DNA of 64,000 bases from Candidatus Latescibacterota bacterium (GTDB lineage Bacteria; Latescibacterota; UBA2968; UBA8231), in assembly GCA_965204725.1 (NCBI GenBank), contig OZ242005.1:4096001-4160000 (forward strand), read 5' to 3'. The translations under genes and the position numbers were made by a program. The notes under the pieces are model-generated. The model ran no database searches, had not been told where the DNA came from, and saw nothing but the letters and a program-made list of their open reading frames with translations. Numbering within the stretch: the first letter of the stretch is position 1; each line of letters begins with the position of its first letter. This document shows positions 36,808 through 46,425 of this stretch, one piece after another.

Positions 36808-39800
36808 CTAAAAGAGCGATAGCTGTTCAGTCCCGCGTCGGCGCGGCATGGCCACCTCCTCGCGCACGAGCAACCGAGCGGGAATCTCATCTACAAACGG
36901 CGATAGCGCCCCTTGCACCCGCTCGCCATAACGCTGGCGGCTGCGCGCCCGCAGTAAAATCAACTCCTCCTCCGCTCGCGTCATGCCCACGTAAAAGAGC
37001 CGCCGCTCCTCGGCGAGGTCGGCGTCCCGCTCGCGGAAGGGGACGAGTCCGTCCTCCACCCCGCAGACAAATACCACTGGAAACTCCAAGCCCTTGGCCG
37101 CATGCAAGGTCATCAGCGCGACGGCCTCCGGGCCTTGGGGGCCGCCCCGCTCCTCGTAGTCGGCCTCCGCGCCTAGGAGCACGGTCTCCAAAAGCTGCGC
37201 GAGCGTGCCGGCCGCGTCCGCTACGCGGGCCAAGTGCTCCAAGTCCTCGTCCTCCGGGTCGCCAAACTCGGCCTGCCAGCGGCGCACCCAAGCACCCGCC
37301 CCCTCCTGAGCGGCCCATTGCCTGTACTCTGCTACCCGCGCCTCTAGTGCCTCAACCCGGCTTTGTGCCGCAGACGACAGCTCGCCTCGCCGCACTTGGC
37401 GCAAAATGTGCGGCTCCGCGCCCATGGCCTCTAGTGCCTGCCAGCGACGCACATCCTCTTGCGAGATCGAGGCGTAGCGGGCAAACGCCAAAGCGTCCCG
37501 CACCGACGGTGCTTGGAGAAAGCCCTTCTGCCCGACGAGCCGGTAGGGCAGGCCCTCCTTGTGGAAGCACTCTTCGAGCACTTGGCCCTGTCGGCCAGTG
37601 CGGAAGAGCACGGCAAAGTCGGCGAAGCTGCGGGTGCCCTCTTCGCCGGCATCGGCCTGTACCATATCGATGCCGCCGACCATGCGGGCAATCTCTCGCA
37701 CTACCGCAATGCCCTCGGCCATCTCGCTCGGCACCTCAATTAGGCGGATCCGCTCCTTTGCTGGGCGCATGGCTGCGAGTTCAATGGCCTCGCGCCCCGG
37801 ATTGTGGCCGACGACGGCAGCCGCAGCCTCGACAATATGTCCCTGTGAGCGGTAATTCGCGCCTAAATGGAATAGCTGCATACCCGAGAAGTGGTCGCGC
37901 AAACGGGCGAAGTACGCGGGCGAAGCTCCGCGAAAGCTGTAAATTGCTTGATCTGGGTCGCCGATGGCCATCAGGCCCGCACCTGCACCCGCCAACTGGA
38001 GGACCAAGCTATACTGCGCGGCGTTGAGGTCTTGGAACTCGTCTATCAGCAGATAGGGAAAACGCACCCGCACCTGTTCCCGCATAGCTGCGTCTGCTTC
38101 TAAGAGACGCAGCAAATCCAAGAGGATGTCGTCGTAGTCGCAGGCTCCAGACGCATGGAGGACGGCCTGATAGGCGCTGTAGTGCGGTCGCCACGCTTCG
38201 GCCACCTCATCCGGCCCCTGCGCCGCGGCCTTGGCCAGCGAGATGGCTTGACTAACAGCGGCGACCGAGCCCGGCAAATCGGCATCGGCCAGTGCCCCTT
38301 CGAGCAACCGACGCGCTTCCACCTCGTCGAGCACCAGCTTTGGCTCGCAGCCTAGCTGGCGCAAGAGCGACAACGCCAAGCGGTGGAAGGTCCCCACCTG
38401 CATCGCGCCCAGCCCGGACTCACCGCCCAACAATGCGCTCAGCCGCTGCCGCATCTGTCCAGCCGCTCGCCGGGTAAAGGTAATGGCCATGATCTGCCCC
38501 GGGTCCACGCCGCTTGCGACCAGCCGCGCAATGCGTCGCGTCAACACCCGGGTCTTGCCCGACCCTGGGCCAGCTACGACCACTAAAGGCCCGCCGCCGG
38601 CCTCTTCGATTTGCCGCTGGGCCGCGTCGGGCGCGTCCGTGGTCGGTGCCGCTTGTGAGGTGCTATCGGGCTTTGGCCGCGGCACCGGCACCCCGGCCTC
38701 AGCCGCCTTCGCATCCGCCGACCCCAAGTCGAACAACGCCCCCTGCCCTTGTAAGCGCGCCCGCTCCTCCTCGCTGAACACGCTGATTACGCCATACTCC
38801 CCATCGTGGCCGGGATAGATTTCGACTTCGCCGCAACGCATCCGGCGCACCCCCTCGGCCACCAGCGGCCCGCCGCAGCTTTCAATCGCTTGGAGTCCGG
38901 CGCGGCGCAAGACTTCGAGTTCCGGGCCGATCTCGGCCAAGAGGCGGTCGTACACAGCACGGACTTTTTTAGTCTTTGGTCCAGCACCAATCGCAGCGCC
39001 GATTACTTCGTCAAGCGGGATCAAGTACTCGTAGGATGGAGCGACGTCCGGGCGGAACCCCTCCGGGCGGTCGGCCAGCAGCTCCACCCGATGCAAAACC
39101 CCCACCGTCAGCTTGCGCCCGCACACCGGGCAGATTCCCTCAGCGGCTAGCGTTTGCGCTGGCTTGTAGCACACCGCGCACTTGCGGTGCCCGTCGTAGT
39201 GGTATTTGCCTTCTTCGGGATAGAACTCCAAGGTGCCCAAAAAGCGCGCTGGATCGCGGTCTTTGAGTGCAGCGTAGATGCCCGGATACGAGCACTCCGT
39301 ATCAAAGCACGTGGCTTCGCGGGCCAGTTTTTGCGGCGAGTGCGCGTCGGAATTGGATATGATCGCATAGCGGTCGAGGGCCGACAGTCGCCAGTTCATC
39401 GGCGGGTCCGACGACAGGCCGGTCTCGACCGCGAAGATGTGCGGCAGCAGATCCTCGTAGCACTCCTCCAACGAGTCAAAGCCCGAAGAGGCTCCCAAGG
39501 CGGCAAAGTGCGGCGTCCATATATGGGCCGGGACGAAGAGCACGTTTTCGTCGGCTTCGAGGCAGATCTCTAAAAGGTCGCGGCTGTCCAGCCCCAAGAT
39601 GGGCCGACCGTCGGACTGCAAGTTGCCAATGGCGCCGAGGCGGCGGTTGAGCCGGGCTACGGATTCGAGGGAAGGCAGGATGACGACGTGATGGATCTTG
39701 CGGGTCTTGTCGCCCTTCTTGTAGATGGTGCTGATTTCCACCGAGAGCATGAAGCGCACGGCGCGGCGGCAGTGCTCGGGCAGTTCTTGTTCCACGGCGG

Positions 39801-40014
39801 CGCGGCGGCCGGGTTCGAGTTGGTACAGCCCTTCTTCGGCCGGTTCAAGTTGGTCCGACAGTTCGGCAAACCACGCTGGATGCGTGTAATCGCCGGTGCC
39901 GACGACGTCAACGCCCTTGAGTGCCGACCACTTGTGCAAATTGGAGGGGTTGAGTGCGCGACTGGTCGCTCGCGCAAAACGCGAGTGCAGGTGTACGTCG
40001 ATTATGAACTGCAT
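36808..40014 (-). CDS. Endonuclease Q (PHP) domain fused to UvrD/PcrA helicase
   Basis: DVHLHSRF, GTGD.THP, PAHIWTP, NSDAHS, EGKYHYDGHRKC..C..CPVC; AGPGSGKT, LIDEFQD, IGDPDQAIYSFRGA, TLHAAKGLEF, EERRLFYVGMTRA. Confidence 0.92.
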   Translation of the reverse strand: MQFIIDVHLHSRFARATSRALNPSNLHKWSALKGVDVVGTGDYTHPAWFAELSDQLEPAEEGLYQLEPGRRAAVEQELPEHCRRAVRFMLSVEISTIYKKGDKTRKIHHVVILPSLESVARLNRRLGAIGNLQSDGRPILGLDSRDLLEICLEADENVLFVPAHIWTPHFAALGASSGFDSLEECYEDLLPHIFAVETGLSSDPPMNWRLSALDRYAIISNSDAHSPQKLAREATCFDTECSYPGIYAALKDRDPARFLGTLEFYPEEGKYHYDGHRKCAVCYKPAQTLAAEGICPVCGRKLTVGVLHRVELLADRPEGFRPDVAPSYEYLIPLDEVIGAAIGAGPKTKKVRAVYDRLLAEIGPELEVLRRAGLQAIESCGGPLVAEGVRRMRCGEVEIYPGHDGEYGVISVFSEEERARLQGQGALFDLGSADAKAAEAGVPVPRPKPDSTSQAAPTTDAPDAAQRQIEEAGGGPLVVVAGPGSGKTRVLTRRIARLVASGVDPGQIMAITFTRRAAGQMRQRLSALLGGESGLGAMQVGTFHRLALSLLRQLGCEPKLVLDEVEARRLLEGALADADLPGSVAAVSQAISLAKAAAQGPDEVAEAWRPHYSAYQAVLHASGACDYDDILLDLLRLLEADAAMREQVRVRFPYLLIDEFQDLNAAQYSLVLQLAGAGAGLMAIGDPDQAIYSFRGASPAYFARLRDHFSGMQLFHLGANYRSQGHIVEAAAAVVGHNPGREAIELAAMRPAKERIRLIEVPSEMAEGIAVVREIARMVGGIDMVQADAGEEGTRSFADFAVLFRTGRQGQVLEECFHKEGLPYRLVGQKGFLQAPSVRDALAFARYASISQEDVRRWQALEAMGAEPHILRQVRRGELSSAAQSRVEALEARVAEYRQWAAQEGAGAWVRRWQAEFGDPEDEDLEHLARVADAAGTLAQLLETVLLGAEADYEERGGPQGPEAVALMTLHAAKGLEFPVVFVCGVEDGLVPFRERDADLAEERRLFYVGMTRAEEELILLRARSRQRYGERVQGALSPFVDEIPARLLVREEVAMPRRRGTEQLSLF

Positions 40015-40044
40015 ATTGGATCCCCGTTGACTTGTAGGGTTGCC

Positions 40045-40941
40045 CTAATCCCTCCCGACCCAGTTGGCGACCACAATGCCCAAAGCCACCAACCCCATGC
40101 TGGCCAGCAGGTAAGGCGATATGGCCTCGCCCAACAGCGCGGCACTCAACAGCACACCCACCACCGGCGTCACAAAGCTGAAGCCCCCTAATCGCCCCGG
40201 CGAGTGGTGCCGGAGCAGAAAGACTAGGATGATAAAGCACAGCCCGGCGACAGCGATGCCTTGGTAGAGTACGCCAGCGACGACCGGGCCGGTTAGGGCG
40301 TATTCGGCCTCGGATTCCAAGAGCGCGCTCCAAGCGGCGAACAACGGCAGACTCAGCACGGCCTGCCAGAACAATACTTGATAGGGGTTAAGCCCCTGCA
40401 CCAGCCGCTTGATCACCACCTGTCGCAAACCCAACAACAAGCCGCTGGCGGCCACCATCGCGTCGCCGAGCAGGTATTGGGTGTCGGCCAGTGCCAGCGA
40501 CTCCCAAAACAACAGCACCACGCCGACAAACGAAATGGCCAAGCCGAGCCACCGCCCCAAGCCCAAGCGGTCGCCGACGAGCAAGTGCGCGAAAAGTGCC
40601 GTGGAGAAGGGGTAGATATTGACCACCACCCCTGAGCGGCTGGCCGTGGTGTATTGAGTGCCGGCGTTCAAAAGCCATATTTGCAGCGCGAAAAGCAGTG
40701 CCAAGCCGCCCAGCCCCTTCCATTCGCTGGGGGGTGTACGCAGCCGAATACCAGCAAAAAGTGCCCCGACCCATACGGTCAGAGCACCTAGCGCGAAGCG
40801 CAAGCCAGCCATGGCCGCGGGCGGCACCCCGTCGAGTCCCATCTTGATCGCCACCGGATTGCCGCCCCACAGCACGGCGGTCACCAGGGCTAGGGCACCG
40901 GCCTGTAGCCCGACGGCCTCGTTGCGGATTTCAGCGGCCAA
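40045..40941 (-). CDS. DMT/EamA family transporter
   Basis: About 10 TM helices; LWGGN, PP..MAGLRF; TTG start just after the PPIase stop. Confidence 0.85.
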   Translation of the reverse strand: MAAEIRNEAVGLQAGALALVTAVLWGGNPVAIKMGLDGVPPAAMAGLRFALGALTVWVGALFAGIRLRTPPSEWKGLGGLALLFALQIWLLNAGTQYTTASRSGVVVNIYPFSTALFAHLLVGDRLGLGRWLGLAISFVGVVLLFWESLALADTQYLLGDAMVAASGLLLGLRQVVIKRLVQGLNPYQVLFWQAVLSLPLFAAWSALLESEAEYALTGPVVAGVLYQGIAVAGLCFIILVFLLRHHSPGRLGGFSFVTPVVGVLLSAALLGEAISPYLLASMGLVALGIVVANWVGRD

Positions 40942-40942
40942 T

Positions 40943-41587
40943 TTAGTCGATGATCTCGGCCTTGGTGATGTAATCGAGGTTGGGAAAGTTTTCTTCGAGA
41001 TAGGCATTGCCGTTCATGGCGATCTGCCCTTGGTTCGGCTGCTGGCCGTACTCGGCGTTGATCTGGTCAACCACCTCCATGCCTTCTACCACCTCACCAA
41101 AGGGCGCAAAGTTCTGGCCATCAAGTTGGCTGTTGTCTCCCAAGTTGATAAAGAGTTGGGTCGTGCGCGTATTGGGTCGGTTGGTTTTGGCGTACGTGAT
41201 TCGTCCGCGCGTATTGCCCTGCTTGACCGGGTCGTCGAGGATATTGGCTTGGCGCCAAGCCATGTTCAGCTTTGGATTGCCGCTCAAGCCCCACTGCACC
41301 ACAAAGCCGGGCACCACGCGGAAGAAACGCTGCTCGTCGTAGAAACCGTTGCGGACCAAGTGGTAGAAGCGGTCGGCACCGTGCGGTGACCAGTCGCGCA
41401 TCACTTGGATGACGACCGGGCCGGCACTGGTCTCCAAACGCACGGAGAATTCGTCGGGGGCCTGCTCGTTGAAGGCGTCGCTCGTAGGCTCCATTAAGAT
41501 CTCCTTGTTTGCTTCCCCGCCTTGACCGCCGGTTCCACAACCGAAAGCCCAGAGGGCGATGATGATTAGTAGTGCGCTCCGCTTCAT
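40943..41587 (-). CDS. Cyclophilin-type peptidyl-prolyl isomerase, probable lipoprotein
   Basis: Signal ending AFGC; FFRVVPGFVVQWG, RTTQLFINL.DN..LD...FAPFGEV. Confidence 0.92.
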   Translation of the reverse strand: MKRSALLIIIALWAFGCGTGGQGGEANKEILMEPTSDAFNEQAPDEFSVRLETSAGPVVIQVMRDWSPHGADRFYHLVRNGFYDEQRFFRVVPGFVVQWGLSGNPKLNMAWRQANILDDPVKQGNTRGRITYAKTNRPNTRTTQLFINLGDNSQLDGQNFAPFGEVVEGMEVVDQINAEYGQQPNQGQIAMNGNAYLEENFPNLDYITKAEIID

Positions 41588-41678
41588 TTTTGATGCCTCT
41601 TTGATGGGTGTATCTGCATGGTTGTTCCTCCGGTGGTGATGCCCCGACCAGCGCGAACCGGCCGAGGCGGATTAGTCG

Positions 41679-41900
41679 TTATCCGGGTAGCTTGCTCAGG
41701 ATGCTCAACAATAAGCTACCTATGGCTATCAGCGTTGTGATTTGGATGCCGATAACCCAACGCAACGTCACGCGCACATCGGCAACGGCGCGTTCAATGG
41801 CGTCCAGCCGGTAATTGAGTTGCTCGGCAATCCCTTCTAATCGTCCAATCCGCCGATCGTGGTCTTGAGCTTGGGTTAAGGGCTGGGGTTGCTCGGTCAT
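41679..41900 (-). CDS. Small coiled-coil protein with C-terminal TM helix
   Basis: GAGGAG RBS; RIGRLEG...RLDAIE...LRWVIGIQITTLIAIG. Confidence 0.7.
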   Translation of the reverse strand: MTEQPQPLTQAQDHDRRIGRLEGIAEQLNYRLDAIERAVADVRVTLRWVIGIQITTLIAIGSLLLSILSKLPG

Positions 41901-41954
41901 GGCGTTTCTCCTCGTTGGGGTGTGTTACCCGGCCAACCTGTTTGTTAATCTCCG

Positions 41955-44192
41955 CTACAGCCCTCTCGCCGCTGCGACGAGTGCTTCGGTCGTAATGCCG
42001 AAGTGCGCCCACGTCGCTAGATGGCCTTCGGACGGGGCTGTCGTCGGGTCGGTAATGCCGATGTGCGCCGCCGAAATCCCGAGGTCGCTGGCGACGCCCG
42101 CCACCAGCCCGGCGAAACCGCGCAAGCCAACATTGGCTGCGCCGATCAGGCCATCTTCTATAGTTACTACGCCTTGGGGATAGCGGCTTACGAGCTTTTC
42201 GAGGCTGCCGTCAGGCAGCGGTAGGCCGTTGATGATGTGGGCATCCACCGCGCCTTCGAGCTGTGCAGCCGCCTCGCCAGCGAGAAAAGCCGGGGCACCA
42301 AAAGCCAAAATCGCCCGCTCGGCTCCGGCGTAGGTGCGATAGGCCGTCAGCGGCTCCCAAGCGTCGCCCGCTTCCCACAGCGGCCCGGAGCCATCTTGCT
42401 TTTCGAGGATGGGCAGGGAGTCGCGTGGGATGCCGATGATATGCCCTCCGTAGTGCGCCGCCATATCGCAGACCGCCAAAAACGCCGCCCGCGCATCGGC
42501 TGGCCCGTAGAAGCGGTGCAGATAGGGCAGATAGCTCAAGCCGACATTGATCCACTCCAAACCCCAACCTGAAAAGTGATCGCGGCCGGTGCAGGCCCCC
42601 ACGTGCGAGACGTGGAAGGCTACGTTGAGGCCCTCGTTGACGCCGGTGAGGTTGCGCTGATAACGCCAGACGTCAAAGCCCTCGCGGGCAATGCCCTCGT
42701 AAAAGGCCGCAAACGTCGATACCACATTGAACTGCGGACCCGGCCCGCGCATCGCTAGCCCGTCGGTAATCAGACAAGCGGCTTGCTCCTCAATGCTCAT
42801 CTCAAACTGGTGATCAGCGGCCAAGAACCCGCGCGCCTTTGCCAATTTGGTCGAGGGGTCGAGGTCGCAGCTAACGACGAAGACATCGTCGGGAAAATGC
42901 GCGGCTACGGCCGCGTACGCAGCTTCGGACCCGGCGCGTGGGCTTTCGCTCGTGCCCACCGCCGGCAGGCTGACCTCCTGCTTGATGCTGGCGGGCAGGA
43001 CCAAGTTGCGGCTGCCGGGAGCGGGCCTAGCTCGGGTTTCGACGGGGCGCTTCTGCCCTCGGCGCAGCGTCGCTAGGGCTTGGCGCACGGCCGCTGTTTT
43101 TTTGAACATCGGGTTGCTCAGCACTTGCGCGGCGTCGCGGCCCTTCATGTGGCCGTCGTGATGCCCTTCGCCGCCGGGTAGCTTGTTGACCAAGAAGAGG
43201 CACTCTAGCATTGGCACTAGGTCGCGGTAGCTCATCAGCGAGCCGGGAACCCAGACGCGGGTGTTCAGCTCAACGCCGTGCTCGGCCGCGAACGTTGCGA
43301 CTTCGGAACCAATGCCCAAGCGCTCGCCAAAGTCGCCGAGGCACTCGTGCGTTCCCGTGGGATAGATCAGCGACGGCTGGCCCTGCCGCGCCAGTTCGTG
43401 GCCCTTGCGGTAGGCTTTGTAGAGCGTCGGAGCGTCGTGCAGGGTCTCGATCTCAATGACTTCCACGCCCAGTGCCGCGACGATTGGGCGCGGGTCCTTG
43501 TCCATGATGCCCTCGGTAGTGCCCGAAAGCTGGATGCCGTTGCGGTGCATGACAAAGGTGATGGGTGCTCCGTGTACGGCTGCGCCGTTGAAGCCGTTGA
43601 GGGCTTGGCCCGAAATGTAGCCAGCGTCGCCACAGTGGCAGACGACCCAGCTATCCTCGCCGAGCTTGGCCCGCTTGCCGAGGGCTTGGCCCACCGCCAC
43701 CGGGATCATCACCCCCAGCCGCCCGCCGTTTAGCTGAGTCCCGCCCGGCAGCCAAGACACGTGCCCGGGAGCGTCGAGCCCGCGGCGAAAACCCTCGACG
43801 ACGATCTCCTCATCGATAAAGCCCAGTGCCGCCAATGCCGCGTAGTAGCCTACGGAGGTGTGGGCGTGCTCAATGGTGTATTCGATGCGCTCGTAGTCGG
43901 TGATAGCCAAGGTCAGCAAGAGCGGCGGAATCAGCTCTAGACCGCCGCCGAGGTGATCCAACTCGCCGATTTCGGCCAGCGAGGCCAGCGAGCGAATCGC
44001 CATCTCGGCGGCTTCGATCTGCAAGCCCTCCAGAGCGGCGATTTGCTCTGGGTGCAACGCTTGTTGTTCGCCGATATTTACTGTGAGCGGCAAGACCTCG
44101 GAATGCACCTGCTCGCCTAGGTAGCGCACTCCGCTCAGCAGCGCTTTGTTCCGCTGCCGCTGGCCTGCTTGTGCCGCTTCAATCCCCCGCAT
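41955..44192 (-). CDS. Transketolase-like TPP enzyme (divergent, single chain)
   Basis: HLGGGL, PGHVSW, GDAG...N (TPP motif), DLDPSTK, SIEEQ, STFAAF, DHFS. Confidence 0.75.
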   Translation of the reverse strand: MRGIEAAQAGQRQRNKALLSGVRYLGEQVHSEVLPLTVNIGEQQALHPEQIAALEGLQIEAAEMAIRSLASLAEIGELDHLGGGLELIPPLLLTLAITDYERIEYTIEHAHTSVGYYAALAALGFIDEEIVVEGFRRGLDAPGHVSWLPGGTQLNGGRLGVMIPVAVGQALGKRAKLGEDSWVVCHCGDAGYISGQALNGFNGAAVHGAPITFVMHRNGIQLSGTTEGIMDKDPRPIVAALGVEVIEIETLHDAPTLYKAYRKGHELARQGQPSLIYPTGTHECLGDFGERLGIGSEVATFAAEHGVELNTRVWVPGSLMSYRDLVPMLECLFLVNKLPGGEGHHDGHMKGRDAAQVLSNPMFKKTAAVRQALATLRRGQKRPVETRARPAPGSRNLVLPASIKQEVSLPAVGTSESPRAGSEAAYAAVAAHFPDDVFVVSCDLDPSTKLAKARGFLAADHQFEMSIEEQAACLITDGLAMRGPGPQFNVVSTFAAFYEGIAREGFDVWRYQRNLTGVNEGLNVAFHVSHVGACTGRDHFSGWGLEWINVGLSYLPYLHRFYGPADARAAFLAVCDMAAHYGGHIIGIPRDSLPILEKQDGSGPLWEAGDAWEPLTAYRTYAGAERAILAFGAPAFLAGEAAAQLEGAVDAHIINGLPLPDGSLEKLVSRYPQGVVTIEDGLIGAANVGLRGFAGLVAGVASDLGISAAHIGITDPTTAPSEGHLATWAHFGITTEALVAAARGL

Positions 44193-44269
44193 GTAAAGCT
44201 CCCTAAGTGGGTATTTTCAGTTGAGTAAAGAACCGCAAAAAGTATAAACCGAGCACCGAGCGCGAGCAA

Positions 44270-45280
44270 TTAACGCGGCTTGAACTGCACCGCCAATTTC
44301 TCGGCCCACGCCTTGTTCGCGTCGATCGTGCGCCCGGCATTGTGCGGCGTATGCACCACGTTGTGCCGCCCCAGCAGCGGATCGTCCAACGGCAGCGGCT
44401 CTTGGTCCCACACATCCGCCGCTAGGCTCAACTCGTCGGCCAGCACTCGTCGCCGGATGGCGTCGGTATCGCAGATTTTGGCTCTGGTCACCAGCACGAC
44501 TAGACAGCCCTTAGGCAGCGCGTCAATGTGCCCAGCCTCAACTAAGCCGCACGTCGATTCCGTCAGCGGCACCATGGGTGCGAACACTTCGGCATCGGCG
44601 ACTAGCTGCTCCAGATGGTACACGCGGCACGACCCGGCCCGGTGGAAGCACGGCTCGGTGGCAAACGGGTCCCAAGCCGCCACCTCAGCGCCGAGCATGG
44701 CGGCGAAACTGGCGTAGCGGCTGGCGATGTTGCCGGCCCCTACAATTCGCACCCGCTTGCCGCCCAGCGTGCCATTGGCAAAGGCAGGGTCGTCGCCAAA
44801 TTGGTGCCCCCGCGCCCCGGGCCGTCCCACGCCTTCGGGCGGCTCGTAGTCCCAAGGCGCTTGGTTTTGGATGATCGCTCGGTGCAACTGCGGAATCCGC
44901 CGCAGCCCGCACAGCGTCAATGCCAAGCCAAATTCCGCCACAGTTTGCGACCAAAACCCCTCGCTCGGATGGTCGTACACCGCGACGCCGGCCTCGGATA
45001 GGTACTCGCTACAGCCCTCGCCGAGCCGCCGGCCATAAGACCCCTGAAAGGTCGCCTCCTGCAAGGCGCTGAATCGCTGTAGGCAGGTCAGGCGCACCGG
45101 CACTCCGAGCGTGGCCAATCGCGTCACTTGGCGCGGCTCCTCGACGAGCTCGCCCAAGGGCCGCTCGTCGCCATGCGCTAGACGCACAAAGCCTGCTGCG
45201 GGCCACAAGGTGCGGAAGTGGTCGGCGGCAAAGGGCCAAACTCCGTCAAAACTTGGATGAACTACGATCAAATCGCCCAT
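44270..45280 (-). CDS. D-isomer-specific 2-hydroxyacid dehydrogenase family protein
   Basis: IVGAGNIA, VTRA, DVWDQEP, TPHNAG. Confidence 0.8.
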   Translation of the reverse strand: MGDLIVVHPSFDGVWPFAADHFRTLWPAAGFVRLAHGDERPLGELVEEPRQVTRLATLGVPVRLTCLQRFSALQEATFQGSYGRRLGEGCSEYLSEAGVAVYDHPSEGFWSQTVAEFGLALTLCGLRRIPQLHRAIIQNQAPWDYEPPEGVGRPGARGHQFGDDPAFANGTLGGKRVRIVGAGNIASRYASFAAMLGAEVAAWDPFATEPCFHRAGSCRVYHLEQLVADAEVFAPMVPLTESTCGLVEAGHIDALPKGCLVVLVTRAKICDTDAIRRRVLADELSLAADVWDQEPLPLDDPLLGRHNVVHTPHNAGRTIDANKAWAEKLAVQFKPR

Positions 45281-45281
45281 G

Positions 45282-46163
45282 TTACTCGCGCTCTCCCCCA
45301 AAAAATGGCTGCGTCCAAGCAAATGCCTCGCCAGCCCCCCAACATTCAAAGCGCACGTAGGCCGCCCGCGCCGGCACTTCCACCTCGATTTCCCGTCCAT
45401 CGGCCACGGCGATTCGCTTCGCGCCCGCGCACAAAGCCACGATCCGCGCCGCATTCTCCGTCTCAATCCAGATCCGGTTCCCCTCAACTTGGATATGGTT
45501 GATCTCGACGCCCGTCGAGGCGTAAAAGCGACCGGCGCGCAGGGCCTCTATCACGCCGTCGGCGGTCGCCTCTTCCACGTAGGCCACATTCCACCCCAAC
45601 CCCACATCGCCTTCGGCCGCGTGGCTGTCGTCGTTGGCAAACCCCCACAGGCGTCTTCCCGCACTCAGCAGCATGTCCCAGCGGTTCGTCGCGTAGGGGC
45701 TGCCCTCCAAGCGGCTGATCACGCCGTTGTAGATCTCCAAGCCCGCATAGCCTTCGCAGGCCTGCAAAAGCTCCTGCGGGCAGTGGTTGAAATGGCCGCG
45801 CCAGTTGGGGTGGTTAAAAAGAACAAACCCACCGCCCGATTCGTTGGCCTCGTCGATTACCTGCTGCCGGTCTGCATGGGGTGCGACCCACGCTGTGGCC
45901 CCTACGTGCAAAACGTGCGGGCCGTTGGCTGTAATCTCATTGCCCGGCACCAAGACCATCCCTTGGGCGTCGTACTGTTCGTAGTCTGCCAAGGACGTAT
46001 AGAGGTCGTGGTCGGTAATCGCCAAGAAGCCATAGCCACGGCTCGCGTAGTCGTCAATTACCGCTTGGTGACCGCGCTCGCCATCGCTGGCGGTGGTGTG
46101 CGCGTGCAGGTTGCCGGCTAGCCAGCGTCCTCCGCTCAAATTCTGATAGGGATGTTCGATCAT
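45282..46163 (-). CDS. PHP-domain metallohydrolase (CehA/McbA-like)
   Basis: NLHAHTTASDG, AITDHD, PGNE, NHP, NDDSH, GRFYASTG. Confidence 0.85.
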   Translation of the reverse strand: MIEHPYQNLSGGRWLAGNLHAHTTASDGERGHQAVIDDYASRGYGFLAITDHDLYTSLADYEQYDAQGMVLVPGNEITANGPHVLHVGATAWVAPHADRQQVIDEANESGGGFVLFNHPNWRGHFNHCPQELLQACEGYAGLEIYNGVISRLEGSPYATNRWDMLLSAGRRLWGFANDDSHAAEGDVGLGWNVAYVEEATADGVIEALRAGRFYASTGVEINHIQVEGNRIWIETENAARIVALCAGAKRIAVADGREIEVEVPARAAYVRFECWGAGEAFAWTQPFFGGERE

Positions 46164-46245
46164 TATGATTCTCCTTTGGTTAGGAAGCGGCCTCAAAATA
46201 CGGGAGCACCCTGCAAGCGACAAGGGAAGGCCCGCCGAAGCGGTG

Positions 46246-46274
46246 TTGACGCGAAAAGCAAGTGGCCCTTTAAT
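46246..46274 (+). promoter_or_regulatory. Sigma70-like promoter
   Basis: TTGACG-N17-TTTAAT in a divergent intergenic region. Confidence 0.5.
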
Positions 46275-46331
46275 TCCGTTCAGACACGGACGTCACGCAT
46301 CGAACCTCATTGAATTTTGGCCCGAGGAGCC

Positions 46332-46418
46332 CCGGGCTTCGGCGTCGAGCTGGCCGACGACCTCGAAGCGCGCTTCCCGTACATCCCCGGCTCTTGGAGC
46401 AACCCCGTACAACGCTGA
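46332..46418 (+). pseudogene. Orphan C-terminus of an enolase-superfamily (mandelate racemase-like) gene
   Basis: PGFGVELADDLEARFPYIPGSWSNPVQR*, stopping 7 nt before the next ATG; compare PGLGVELN in 295-1413. Confidence 0.6.
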
Positions 46419-46425
46419 GGACCTA

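Noticed and set aside
36607-36822. 71-aa ORF as a third gene of the ATPase-nuclease unit
   Set aside because: It has an ATGA overlap but no recognisable motif and runs into the convergent uvrD end; unsupported, though not excluded
46320-46400. GC-rich foldable leader as a riboswitch upstream of the PhyH gene
   Set aside because: The region translates as an enolase-family C-terminus, and pairing is expected by chance at this GC; no known aptamer motif
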